Below are positions 1-10,600 of a DNA stretch of 64,000 bases, piece after piece. This stretch comes from Bacteroidota bacterium (GTDB taxonomy: Bacteria; Bacteroidota; Bacteroidia; UKL13-3): assembly GCA_027491355.1 (NCBI GenBank), contig JAIXWI010000005.1:38228-102227 (forward strand), given 5' to 3'. The notes beneath the pieces are model-generated. The model was not told where the DNA came from. It made no database searches and was given only the letters and a program-made list of their open reading frames with translations. The translations under genes were made by a program, and so were the position numbers. How positions within the stretch are numbered: position 1 is the first letter of the stretch; every line of letters begins with the position of its first letter.

Positions 1-1180
1 CACATTTTTTGCAGACAATATTGTAACTCAAATAGACAACAGTATCATCAATACTTATTACCAACCAATCGGAAATGCCTCAGCTCAACTATTCAACCAA
101 GGACTCAATGGTATGTTTAAATTTGGCATGATTGATTTGTTCGAAGATTATCGGATTACAGGCGGTATTCGTGTAGCATTTGATTTACAAGGATTCGATT
201 ATTTTGCCAGCTTTGAAAACTTGAAACATAAAATTGATCAAAAATGGTTGTTTTATAGGCAAACAAGGTCTGCTGGCAGTGCAGAAAATTTGAGCTTCAA
301 AAACTTCACACATGAATTCAGGTACATTTTGAGTGTTCCATTCAATCCTACACAATGTTTAAAACTCAATGTCTTTTACAGACAAGATAGAGAAATTACC
401 AAATCAAGTAATTTGAACACCTTGCTCATTCCAGACCAAGTAAACAACTGGTTGGGAGCAAAACTTGAGTTTGTGTTTGACAATACCCTTCCCAGGGGTT
501 TAAATTTATTCAATGGTACTCGTTTTAAATTATTTGCGGAGCATTACCAAAACCTGGATCAACAGAATTTACAACTCAATACATTGGGATTAGATGTCAG
601 ACATTATGAAAAAGTACACAGACAAATTATCTGGGCATCACGTATATCTGCCAATACTTCTTATGGGCCAGGAAAAGTGGTTTATTACTTGGGCGGTGTG
701 GAGAATGGCATTGGATCTAGATTCAATAATGACATTGCTACAGCACAAGACCAAAATTATATTTTCCAAGCGTTGGCTTGTAACCTAAGAGGATTTGACC
801 AAAATATTCGCAATGGTAATACCTATGCCTTGCTGAATACTGAATTAAGAATTCCAATATTTCAATATGCGTTTAACCAAGTACTACGTTCAGAGTTTTT
901 AAACCATTTTCAATTGGTACCATTTTTTGATATAGGAACAGCCTGGATTGGAGCCAATCCTTTTAGTGAAGACAATACTTTCAATCAAAAAATAAAGGAA
1001 AATCCACCATTAAAAATTAAAGTAATCAATGTCAGAGATCCGCTTGTTGCAGGTTTTGGTGGTGGATTGAGAACTAAACTTTTCGGTTACTTTATGCGCT
1101 TTGACACTGCTTGGGGAATACAAGATGCTGAGGTAAATACTAAACCAGTTTACCATTTTGCTTTAGGCTTAGATTTCTAA
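1..1180 (+). CDS. Omp85/BamA-superfamily outer-membrane beta-barrel protein, C-terminal part (5'-truncated by the window edge)
   Basis: Frame is open from position 2 (TFFADNIVTQIDN...) into the 113..1180 ORF. Alternating beta-strand pattern, loop-6-like 'LRGF', 'VPFFDIGTAW', 'GFGGGLR', 'RFDTAWG' and a C-terminal Phe (LGLDF). Confidence 0.75.
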   Translation, partial: TFFADNIVTQIDNSIINTYYQPIGNASAQLFNQGLNGMFKFGMIDLFEDYRITGGIRVAFDLQGFDYFASFENLKHKIDQKWLFYRQTRSAGSAENLSFKNFTHEFRYILSVPFNPTQCLKLNVFYRQDREITKSSNLNTLLIPDQVNNWLGAKLEFVFDNTLPRGLNLFNGTRFKLFAEHYQNLDQQNLQLNTLGLDVRHYEKVHRQIIWASRISANTSYGPGKVVYYLGGVENGIGSRFNNDIATAQDQNYIFQALACNLRGFDQNIRNGNTYALLNTELRIPIFQYAFNQVLRSEFLNHFQLVPFFDIGTAWIGANPFSEDNTFNQKIKENPPLKIKVINVRDPLVAGFGGGLRTKLFGYFMRFDTAWGIQDAEVNTKPVYHFALGLDF

Positions 1181-2409
1181 ACTTTTTCTCCTGCAACAAA
1201 ATCAGCTATAATTGATTCTAATTTTTGGATACGTGTTCTCCACGAATTGTTTTTTGCATGTGCCATTCTTACCGCCAATTTTTCAGACGTATTTTCTTGC
1301 ATGGCTTTTTGAATATTTTCTAAAAAATCTGTATGGTTTTCTGATATGTAAATCAGGCCCTCAAAACTCCTGATATCATTTGAAAAACTTGAAGAAACAC
1401 ATGGAGTTCCCGAGGCTAGGTATTCATTTATTTTAAGCGGATAAATACCCTTGGTTAACTCATTTGTAGCGTAGGGTATAATTGCTACTTTGGCATATTT
1501 TAAGTAGGCTGGTAGGCTTTCAATTGGTTTAGATCCTATGAAATGCAAGTTTGGTATGGCCGTTAATCCATGATTGAGTAAATCTTTTTTATCATAGGTA
1601 CCCACAAAAAATACCTCTGCATCTGAAAACTGATGTGTAATTTTTTTAACCAACTCATGATCCATTCTTAAATCACTGTAATGTCCAGTGTACAAAATAA
1701 TAGGTTTGGTTACAGACTCAAACTCTATTGGTTTAGGTAAATCTTTATTGATTGCATTTTCAAACACATCAAAATCTGCTGCATTGGCTAGCAAATGAAC
1801 CGGCCTGTTATTTTCGAGTGCATGCCTATCACACAAACCCGTTGAAGTTCCTATTGCTATGTCACACTGTCGCATGGCTTTGAATTCAGCGTTGATACCA
1901 TGTCGGGCAATATACCTCTCTTGGCTTATCTCATCTAAAGATTGATAAATATTAGCGAGGGGTTGTGGTTGAATTTTTTTAGCGATAATTGGGCTAGTTA
2001 CAGGGCAAAATGAATTGAAGAAAATATAATCCTTCACCCCATAATCTTTGATAATTTTTTGAACCACATCATCAATGACTTTATTATTTAACTGGTTCAA
2101 ATAATTGTACAAATTACCTTCTGGTAAAAAATTTATTGGAAGCGTAATTCTAGGAGTTACCTGTGTAAATGAAACTGTAGGGAATTTTATTTCTCTATAA
2201 ATGTTTTCACCCAAAAACAAAGCTGGGAATTTATCCCTAAAGTTTGGATCATCTATTTTTGTAACCAAATCTCTTAAAGAATAGGGCCTATCTATGTAAA
2301 AAACCCTATTTGTTTTTGCCCATTCTTTAGCCCAAGCAACAGAAACTGAAGAGAGTGAGAACTCACTTCTGGTTAATCCAAACATAAAAACATCGTACTT
2401 TGGTAACAT
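1177..2409 (-). CDS. GT-B/GT4-type glycosyltransferase (TuaH-like)
   Basis: 'YPLKINEYLASGTPCVSS' and 'LPAYLKYAKVAIIPY' motifs typical of this glycosyltransferase group. Confidence 0.85.
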   Translation of the reverse strand: MLPKYDVFMFGLTRSEFSLSSVSVAWAKEWAKTNRVFYIDRPYSLRDLVTKIDDPNFRDKFPALFLGENIYREIKFPTVSFTQVTPRITLPINFLPEGNLYNYLNQLNNKVIDDVVQKIIKDYGVKDYIFFNSFCPVTSPIIAKKIQPQPLANIYQSLDEISQERYIARHGINAEFKAMRQCDIAIGTSTGLCDRHALENNRPVHLLANAADFDVFENAINKDLPKPIEFESVTKPIILYTGHYSDLRMDHELVKKITHQFSDAEVFFVGTYDKKDLLNHGLTAIPNLHFIGSKPIESLPAYLKYAKVAIIPYATNELTKGIYPLKINEYLASGTPCVSSSFSNDIRSFEGLIYISENHTDFLENIQKAMQENTSEKLAVRMAHAKNNSWRTRIQKLESIIADFVAGEKV

Positions 2410-2520
2410 TTAAAGTTGGTTATTGCTGCTTATTTAATTGAATTAGAATATTGTTTTACAAATTAACTATAATTTGACTATTTGCAAGGTATTTTGATTG
2501 GTTTCTTCTGATGATTTTTT

Positions 2521-3117
2521 TCAAACATTTTCTTTCATCCCAATGTTAAAACAGTGTCTACACCTTGCCTCGTAAGTATCTTTTTCCCCTAACATGATTA
2601 AATTTTGGTCAGCATGTTTTCTAAATGAATGCGTTGCTAAATCACCACAAACCATACAAATTGCATGTACTTTGGTAACATACTCTGCTACAGCCATTAA
2701 GTGGGGCATAGGACCAAATGGTTTTCCTAAATAATCCATATCTAAACCAGCCACAATTACACGAACCCCTTGCTCAGCAAGAGTTTCGCACACATATACC
2801 AGTTCATTGTCAAAAAACTGAGCCTCATCTATACCAACCACTGTTGCTTGATTTCTCATCAGTAAGATATTCAATGAACTTGTTATTGGAGAAGATGGAA
2901 TGGCATTGTCATTGTGAGATACAACTGCAGATTCATCGTATCTTGTATCTAATGATGGTTTAAAAATTTCAACCGATTGACCTGCAATTTTTGCTCTATT
3001 GAGTCGTCGAATCAATTCTTCTGTTTTTCCTGAAAACATAGACCCACAAATGACCTCAATCCACCCTTTTCGGTGTTGCACAGCATACCTTGGCTCTATG
3101 AATATATCTTCAGACAT
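2521..3117 (-). CDS. tdk: Thymidine kinase
   Basis: 'ICGSMFSGKTEEL', 'IDEAQFF', 'VAGLDMD' and Zn-site CxxC...CRHC. Start moved to the ATG at 3117. Confidence 0.97.
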   Translation of the reverse strand: MSEDIFIEPRYAVQHRKGWIEVICGSMFSGKTEELIRRLNRAKIAGQSVEIFKPSLDTRYDESAVVSHNDNAIPSSPITSSLNILLMRNQATVVGIDEAQFFDNELVYVCETLAEQGVRVIVAGLDMDYLGKPFGPMPHLMAVAEYVTKVHAICMVCGDLATHSFRKHADQNLIMLGEKDTYEARCRHCFNIGMKENV

Positions 3118-3222
3118 TGATTCGATAAAGGTAAGAGTTTTTACTAAATTGGCCACTGCTCAAGTAAAAATGTTAATTAATACTAAATAAGTTTTTTAAA
3201 ATTTGTGTAGATCAATTTTTCT

Positions 3223-4236
3223 ATGAACTCAATACAATTAATCAGTAAATTAAAAAGCAAATCTGAGGATTTGCAAACAGCCGTTCAACAATTAAACGGA
3301 GCAATCAATGCACTTCAAAAAGAGTTGATTAAGAAAAATTGTGTAGAGCTATACGAATTGGTATTGAAGCTTCAAACCAATGAAGATGGGTCAGAGCAAA
3401 AGACAATGACAAGCGCAATAGAAGTTCCTGTTAGTGTAGCTCCAATTCAATCAATACAAGAAGAAACCCCATCTCAAACCTTTAAAACACCCGAACCAGT
3501 TTTACCAAAAGCAGATAACGAACCTGTCATTGCTATTCAAACTAGTATTGTACTTCCTGAAACAACAGCACCGGTAACCACCATTGATATTGAAGAATCC
3601 AGTCCTATTCAACATTCATTCAATGAATTCATCAAACAAATTAACATTGAAAAAGCCACATTGAATGACTTAGAAAAAACTGCTGAAACTGCAATTGAAG
3701 TGGCTGTTGAACAAAATTCTATTCCAACAGACACAACAACTGTTGAAACTCCCATCAATCAAGTGGCAACAACACCTTTTCAGATGAGTAATACAGTCAT
3801 TACGCCACCTGAGTTTAACATTGACAAAGCTGTTGAAAACAAACGCATTCAAAAAACTGTAATGCCAGATCCTGAGCCGACAAAGAAAATTACTTTTAAT
3901 GAAAGCATTGCTCCTGCTGATCCTAATTTTAATGATAGACTTGCTGAAAAAGTGAGCAACCAAGTGAGCCCAATCATTGAAAAAAGTATTGATGCTCCTA
4001 TAGAAAACATGAAAACAGAAATTGGATTGAACAAAAAAATTGCTTTTGTAAACCAACTATTTGGAGAAAATGTAGTTGAATATGCCAAAGCAATTGACAG
4101 GTTGAACCAAGCATTGAATATTGAAGAAGGCATGAAGCTGTTTCATGAATTAGCTACTCAATTTAACTGGGATACAGAAACAAACGCTTTAGTCATTGAG
4201 CTCAAGCAATTGCTTCATAGAAGACACCAAGCTTAA
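3223..4236 (+). CDS. Hypothetical protein: N-terminal coiled coil, long P/T/E-rich linker, C-terminal helical domain
   Basis: 337-aa ORF divergent from tdk. The C-terminal 'IGLNKKIAFVNQLFG...YAKAIDRLN' resembles a recurring uncharacterised Bacteroidota domain. Confidence 0.7.
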   Translation: MNSIQLISKLKSKSEDLQTAVQQLNGAINALQKELIKKNCVELYELVLKLQTNEDGSEQKTMTSAIEVPVSVAPIQSIQEETPSQTFKTPEPVLPKADNEPVIAIQTSIVLPETTAPVTTIDIEESSPIQHSFNEFIKQINIEKATLNDLEKTAETAIEVAVEQNSIPTDTTTVETPINQVATTPFQMSNTVITPPEFNIDKAVENKRIQKTVMPDPEPTKKITFNESIAPADPNFNDRLAEKVSNQVSPIIEKSIDAPIENMKTEIGLNKKIAFVNQLFGENVVEYAKAIDRLNQALNIEEGMKLFHELATQFNWDTETNALVIELKQLLHRRHQA

Positions 4237-4239
4237 TAC

Positions 4240-5502
4240 TTATTGTAAATCTGAGTTCAATCGGTACCGACAAACCCTGTTGTTGTCTTTGTCACAGACA
4301 AATATGGTTCTATTAAAATAACAAACGCCTGTTGGATTTTTGAAATTATATGGACCACTGGCAGTACCATCTTTGCCACTACCACCAAATGACACGATAA
4401 CTTGCTTTTTAAAATTTGAATTGGCAGGTGGATTGATGCCTTCAAAACCAAGATTAGTGAATACATACAAAGAGTCTGTTTCACTATCTGTTATAAAAAT
4501 ATAGCCATTTTCAGCGGGTGAAGCATAAATATCTTCAGGCTTTTTGAAGCGATTGCTTTCATACATGAAGCGGTCTGCTTTTGAATAATCAAAATTTAAG
4601 AAATTGGGATTCTCCTGGTAAATCAAACCCATATCTGGGTCTTGTACCACTTGAATACTCAATGCCCGGAATTCTAAATTTGCTTGTTGGTTCTCACCCA
4701 ATGCTACAAAAAAATTCTTTGAAGTACTGATTCCTGAAATTCTTTGAGGTGGAGCAGCAAGCGTTGCAATGGCGCTCACGCCAACTACTGATTTAATACT
4801 GGATTCATTGGTGTTTAATCCATTTGTAAAACCTATGTTTTCACCCTCGGGCGAAAAAATTAGGATACCATTGTCAGGTCTGTTGGTGCTGTTGACGTCA
4901 TTTCTTGGACCTGTTCTTGAAACATACAACGTGTTGTCAAACAAAGTAGCCAAACCAGTAAATTTTACTGCCTCATCATCAACTCCTCTGTAAGAGGTAT
5001 TTCTTCTACTTTCATCACACTGAAAATGTTTCAAAGTATCTAAAAATTCCAACTGCCCAGATCCTAAACCTGATAGGTGGTAGATTGCAGCTAAATTTAA
5101 TTTTGGAGCATTCTGTTTATCCGGATAGAATCTGCCTGCAACATAACAGTGTAAACGCCTATCTTGAGTAATATCAGTAGCTCCCGGAATAACCATCCTA
5201 AAACTCAAAGTTGTTTTCTGATCAAATACCAGTACTTCATTGTCGTCTATTGTTGTCTCGTCATTGTCAACAACAACATAAATTAACTCATCGTATCCGT
5301 AAAATATATCTAAAGGCTTGTTTACATTGTTTATAAAAGGGTAAACAGGAACATATCCCACGTTGTTCAAGCCATAATTAGGATCTATGCTACCTTTAGC
5401 CAGAACATCCTTTGCTGTATTGTTGTTTTTGTCCCCAAGGAAACTACAAGAAGTCATCAATAAGACCAAGCCAAATAAATAAAACTGTAAGGTACTTCTC
5501 AT
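4240..5502 (-). CDS. Lipoprotein with a probable NHL/beta-propeller fold
   Basis: Lipobox 'LLMTSC'; NHL-like 'FKKPEDIY' and 'FKNPTGVCYFNRTIFVCDKDNNRV'. Confidence 0.7.
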   Translation of the reverse strand: MRSTLQFYLFGLVLLMTSCSFLGDKNNNTAKDVLAKGSIDPNYGLNNVGYVPVYPFINNVNKPLDIFYGYDELIYVVVDNDETTIDDNEVLVFDQKTTLSFRMVIPGATDITQDRRLHCYVAGRFYPDKQNAPKLNLAAIYHLSGLGSGQLEFLDTLKHFQCDESRRNTSYRGVDDEAVKFTGLATLFDNTLYVSRTGPRNDVNSTNRPDNGILIFSPEGENIGFTNGLNTNESSIKSVVGVSAIATLAAPPQRISGISTSKNFFVALGENQQANLEFRALSIQVVQDPDMGLIYQENPNFLNFDYSKADRFMYESNRFKKPEDIYASPAENGYIFITDSETDSLYVFTNLGFEGINPPANSNFKKQVIVSFGGSGKDGTASGPYNFKNPTGVCYFNRTIFVCDKDNNRVCRYRLNSDLQ

Positions 5503-5505
5503 TTG

Positions 5506-6507
5506 TTAAAACAATTTTACAATTAAAGTAATTCTGTGCATATTACCCATCCTTGATTTGTTTACCATACTGTAGTCTATTCTAAATGCACCAAATTTCC
5601 TGGGAATATGGACGCCGATACCAGTTGATGGAATTGAACTGTTTTCATCCGTTGCAAATTCCCAACCTGCTCTGGCAAAAAGCAATGACCTGTATGTGTA
5701 TTCAGTGCCTATAGCCAAACTTTCGTTGTTATCTGTAGGATGGTTGAGTTGCATGGCTAAAGTCAATCGGTTATGTGTAGCATGTATCGGATCAAATGCA
5801 CCACCTATTCTAAACATTCCAGGTGCAGAAATTTCACCAAAACTTGTTTTGATTTGGTTACCTGATAAATTTACCATTTGAACTTGACCCTCTGGATTGA
5901 CATTCATTCCAAAATTTGAAAATGCAACTCCGAATCGGGCATTTTTAATTCCTATGTCATATGTTAATCCTAAATCAAACAATACCATATTGGTTTGAAC
6001 ATCTCCAATTGTTTCATGGGCCCATTTGCTGCTCAATCCAAAGCTGAAATGATCAGTTAAAATTTTGGCGTAAGTAATACCAATTAATGTATTACTCAAA
6101 TTGATAATCCTGCCTGTTCCATAAGGTTGGAGTTCTGTTGTTTCCTCCATTTTTGGATAATTCATTGAAAGCGCCTGAATACCAAACCTACTCAATGTGC
6201 CTGTTTTAAATGTAACTGCTGCTAAACTTAATGTGCTTGCTGCAGTATAAAATGTGTGCGACAACAGATAACTTGACTTGGCAGAATCTGTCTGTGTAAT
6301 TGCAGAAGGATTCCAAAACATTGCTGATGCATCGTTACAAATACCAACTACAGCGCCACCCATAGCTGAAGATCTTGCGTCAGGTACTACTTTTAAAAAC
6401 TGCATACCTGTAGCACCTGTTCTTGAGTTACCAAAAGAAGGGAGCAATTGTGCATGTGCGTATGAAACACCTATGAATAAATATAAAACAATAAAAAATA
6501 TGCGCAT
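5506..6507 (-). CDS. PorV/PorQ-like (UPF0164) outer-membrane beta-barrel protein
   Basis: Signal peptide ...AHA|Q; 'QFLKVVPDARSSAMGGA' and 'DASAMFWNPSA' are typical of PorV/FadL-like barrels. Start moved to the ATG at 6507. Confidence 0.8.
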   Translation of the reverse strand: MRIFFIVLYLFIGVSYAHAQLLPSFGNSRTGATGMQFLKVVPDARSSAMGGAVVGICNDASAMFWNPSAITQTDSAKSSYLLSHTFYTAASTLSLAAVTFKTGTLSRFGIQALSMNYPKMEETTELQPYGTGRIINLSNTLIGITYAKILTDHFSFGLSSKWAHETIGDVQTNMVLFDLGLTYDIGIKNARFGVAFSNFGMNVNPEGQVQMVNLSGNQIKTSFGEISAPGMFRIGGAFDPIHATHNRLTLAMQLNHPTDNNESLAIGTEYTYRSLLFARAGWEFATDENSSIPSTGIGVHIPRKFGAFRIDYSMVNKSRMGNMHRITLIVKLF

Positions 6508-6550
6508 TCGTACTTGCAAAATAAACTTTCTTAGTAACAAATACACCAAT

Positions 6551-7585
6551 TTAAAACGCTTTCCAACCTTGAGCTTTTAATGCATGCTTTTGACCTCCCT
6601 TTGAAATTAAATTCATTCCTTCTGCTGCTTCGGTAACAAAACCTATAACTGTGAAATCAGGATGGTTTTCAATTTTTGAATAATCCTCTTGAGAGATGGT
6701 CATCAGCAATTCGTAATCCTCACCACCACTTAAAGCAGTTACAATAGGATCTAAATCCAACTCTCTTGCAAAATTATATGTTGTTGGGTCAATGGGTACT
6801 TTTTCTTCATAAAGTGTAATGGCAACACCAGATTGTTTGGCTAAATGAAAACACTCCGAAGCCAAGCCATCACTAATATCAATCATTGAGGTTGGCTTAA
6901 CTCCTATATTCGCCAATATGTCTATGATGTCTTTTCTAGCTTCAGGTTTTAACTGTCTTTCAATGATGTAGTCGTAACCTGCTAAATCAGGTTGTGCATT
7001 TGGGTTGTCCAAGAAAATACGTTTTTCTCTTTCAAGTACTTGATAGCCACAATATGCTGAACCTAAATCACCGCTTACCACTACTAATTCTAATGGTTTG
7101 GCGCCATTTCTAAAGGCTATTTTATCTGCAGAAACCTCACCTATTGCAGTAATACTGATAAAAAGACCTTGTTTTGCTGTAGCAGTGTCTCCACCAACCA
7201 AATCAATTTTATAGTGGTTACATGCTAATCGAATTCCAGCATAAAGTTCTTCAACAGCTTCTAGTGAAAACCTGTTAGACAATCCAACAGAAACAGTCAC
7301 TTGCTTTGGAATGCCATTCATTGCATAAATGTCACTCAAATTCGTTGTTATAGCTTTATAACCTAGATGTTTCAGAGGGAAATAACTCAAATCAAAATGA
7401 ACACCTTCAATTAACATATCAGTTGATACCAATGTAAATTTACCGTTACCTTGGTCAATTACAGCAGCATCATCTCCAACACCTTTTATGGTATTTTGTT
7501 GAAGTAAAATGTCTTTTGTAAGGTGGTCTATCAATCCAAATTCTCCAACAGAAGATAATTCAGTTCTTGAGGCATTTTCAAACAT
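6551..7585 (-). CDS. thiL: Thiamine-monophosphate kinase
   Basis: 'GVGDDAAV', 'TDMLIEGVHF', 'NLSDIYAM', 'DISDGLASE', 'GGEDYEL'. Confidence 0.97.
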   Translation of the reverse strand: MFENASRTELSSVGEFGLIDHLTKDILLQQNTIKGVGDDAAVIDQGNGKFTLVSTDMLIEGVHFDLSYFPLKHLGYKAITTNLSDIYAMNGIPKQVTVSVGLSNRFSLEAVEELYAGIRLACNHYKIDLVGGDTATAKQGLFISITAIGEVSADKIAFRNGAKPLELVVVSGDLGSAYCGYQVLEREKRIFLDNPNAQPDLAGYDYIIERQLKPEARKDIIDILANIGVKPTSMIDISDGLASECFHLAKQSGVAITLYEEKVPIDPTTYNFARELDLDPIVTALSGGEDYELLMTISQEDYSKIENHPDFTVIGFVTEAAEGMNLISKGGQKHALKAQGWKAF

Positions 7586-7589
7586 AATG

Positions 7590-7597
7590 CGAAGATA
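7590..7597 (-). promoter_or_regulatory. Bacteroidota -7-like promoter element (TATCTTCG) 4 nt upstream of the thiL ATG
   Basis: One mismatch to TAnnTTTG; lies just after the upstream terminator. Confidence 0.5.
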
Positions 7598-7629
7598 AGG
7601 ATATATTTTAACACCAAACTTGCGTAAAT

Positions 7630-7659
7630 AAAAAAGGGCTGCGGCATGCCGCAGCCCTT
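7630..7659 (-). terminator. Intrinsic terminator after the 2-kaa T9SS cargo gene
   Basis: Perfect palindrome AAGGGCTGCGGCATGCCGCAGCCCTT ending in a T tract on the minus strand. Confidence 0.9.
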
Positions 7660-7677
7660 ATAAAACATCAGATGAAT

Positions 7678-10600
7678 TTACTGTCTCATTAAGCTTACAC
7701 TTCCTCTCAAGGTTTTTTCGTCTTGAGTTCTGAGCTTGTATTTGAGGGTATAGAAATAGGTTCCATCCGGGCATTCAGCACCTGAATTGTTTACCTTACC
7801 ATTCCAAGTATTGTTTGGATCTGTGGTTTCAAATACCAATTCTCCCCAACGGTTGTATATCTTCAAATCAAATACTTCTTGCCCTTTAATTTCAACAACA
7901 AAATTGTCATTCTTGTCATCTCCATTTGGCGTGAACACGTTTGGTATTTTGAAGTCGATAACAAATGCATTGAATATTTTCACACAAGCTGAGTCTACAC
8001 AAGCATCTGGTTCTGGAGTAAATGCCCATACACAAACTGTAAACGAACCGGTGTCATTGCCTAAATTCAACTCACCTAAATTGAAGTTAGGAGCATTGTC
8101 ACCATTTACCTCTTCTTCTTTTAACACACTACCATCTTTGTCTCTTGTTACCTTCCAGTAGTACCTATCTGCTTCGGTTGTGTCACTTAAATTGCTGATA
8201 TAGTATTTAGGTAAATCTATAGTATCAGCTCTTAAAGCTGCTTTAGAAAGTAATGCCCTTACAGTAATGGTATCTTTGTTGTCACAATTAGGAACGCCTG
8301 TTACAAAACGAGTAGAGTGCAAAACAATATGATGTACCCCTTTTTCATTTAGGAAATAACTAAAGGTGGTATCCTTAACAATGTTTGTTTTGAAGAGGGT
8401 ATCATAAATACTGCTGTAATCTGCATTGTAATTGTACACCCTAAATTTGGTAATGGTATCCAAGTCAGAGCGGTTACTTACAACAAACGATTGACCAACA
8501 CAAATGGCGGTATCAGGAGTATAAGCCCTTACTTTATATGGATTTTTAACAAAAATACGAATTGGTTTTTCAGCACCTCCAACTGTATCAGGTAATACAA
8601 TAGATGGACAAGTAGAACTTGCAGGAGAAGTATTGTCATATCCAATTGCAGTTACATAGTATTCCCCTTCTTTGGTATAAACAAACGAAATCGTATCCGG
8701 ATTACTCAATGATAATATTGGAGGCATTAACGGAATACCAGAGTTCAACAAAGTTGATTTGGTAACACTGTAGCTGCCTGAATCATTTGGATAACTTAGA
8801 ATTTTTAGAGTAAACGGTACACAACCCAAAGTATCATTCAAAAGTTTAATTCTAGGTCTTGGGCCTGCAATGTATATTTTTTGAACAAAGGTATCTTGAC
8901 ATCCTTGTTCTGTTTCTATTACCTGCTGAACAGCATACCATCCATTTTTACGGTAATTGTATACTGGGTTAACTTCAATTGAACGGAAGGCATCTTTTCC
9001 ATATCCAAAATCACCAAACCACCACCTTCTTTGTACAATGTTATCGCAAGACGATCCATTGGTTTGGTAGCACCAATCATCAACATAAGATTCATCTTTG
9101 AATTTTACGGTATCGCTGCATAAGAACAAGCCCTTGCTACTAAATTTAGCATTCGGTTTAACAATCGTTACAAACTGTGAACAGGTATCCCAATAACCTA
9201 AACTATCTCTAGAAATCATTGATATTTTATACCTACCTGGCGATTTGTATATCCAGAATGGATTTTTTCCATGCTTATCTACAACACCATCTGATTCAAA
9301 ATCCCAATAGATACGTTCATAGTAATAGGTTTCCATTTTTGTACAATGGGTTGCACTTGCAGTTGGAGAAGTTGGTGGTATTCTTACAGGTGTTTTAATC
9401 CAATCAATTGGACAATCTTGGTCACCAGGAAGCACAAAATAATTGGTTAAATCGGCAAACATTTTAATAGAGTCATTTGGATATCCTCTCATGGCAAAAC
9501 CATGAAAATCTACGTTTACATATTCAGTTAAGCCCGGAGGTAAAGGTCTGAATGGATTGTAAGCTGGCAATGGCGTGGTTGTAAAAGGTGGAGTAGGCGG
9601 ATTTACAGATGCTGCATTTGCTGGGAAAGGTCTCCAATAGCGCAAAGAGTCTGTAAAGTTAATTCTTTCGCCAATACAGAAAGTTGTATCGTATTTGCCT
9701 GTTACATCTGTAATCATGAAAGTATCAATAACCCCAATTACTATTTGTCTGGAAGCAATGTTTTCACACCCTGTAATGGTACGCATAACATGGTCAATTC
9801 TAGTAATGGTATTGGTTCTAACTAAATCTCCTCCACCTGCATCTATTTTCATCTCCCACGAAGATTTAGTGTAGGTATGAGGTACAGGTTCAATTAAGAA
9901 TGCAGAGTCAATTCTAATATTTACACGATTTATTTTTTGAGGGGCCAATCTACGTTCTAAATCATCGCAACGCCAAATAGAATCATACCTGGTGCTGTCT
10001 AACACTCTTACTCCAACAGGAATTGTCATTGTTGACATCACAGTCCATGGAATTCTTTGCGAATTGAATTCAAATCTAACGCGTCCTAGAGGGTATGTAT
10101 TGGCCTCATAAAATAATGTATCATACACTCCTGGTTGGTTCTTCCTTTCTTTGTAAATAACAGTGTCGACCAAATTGGTATAGAATGAATCTACGGTTGT
10201 TGTTCCATCTCCCCAGTTCCAAATGTCTGCTTGTACAAAATCTTGTCTGAGTGTATTTGCATTTGCAAATATTTTATTTGTTTTAGAAGGGTATGATGGG
10301 TAAAAATTCTTACCATGTAAGTACGAGAAAGGCTCACGGTATCTTGGGTTTGCTACATATTTTACATCACCAGATGCCGGATCCGTGTATGGATAAAACC
10401 TAGAGGTATCAAATCTCTCGTATGTGAAATATGCATCTAAAGTAATAAAATGGAAGAAGTTGTGGTACCATACTGTATCTGAAACACAACCAGGGTTAGT
10501 AGCTGTTGCACTTGGGTTGTCATATCCGTTTCCTGTAATGATACCAACGGTTACGAAACCTCTTGGATCTCTTGGCAAATTGGAATATGTAACAGGTGTA

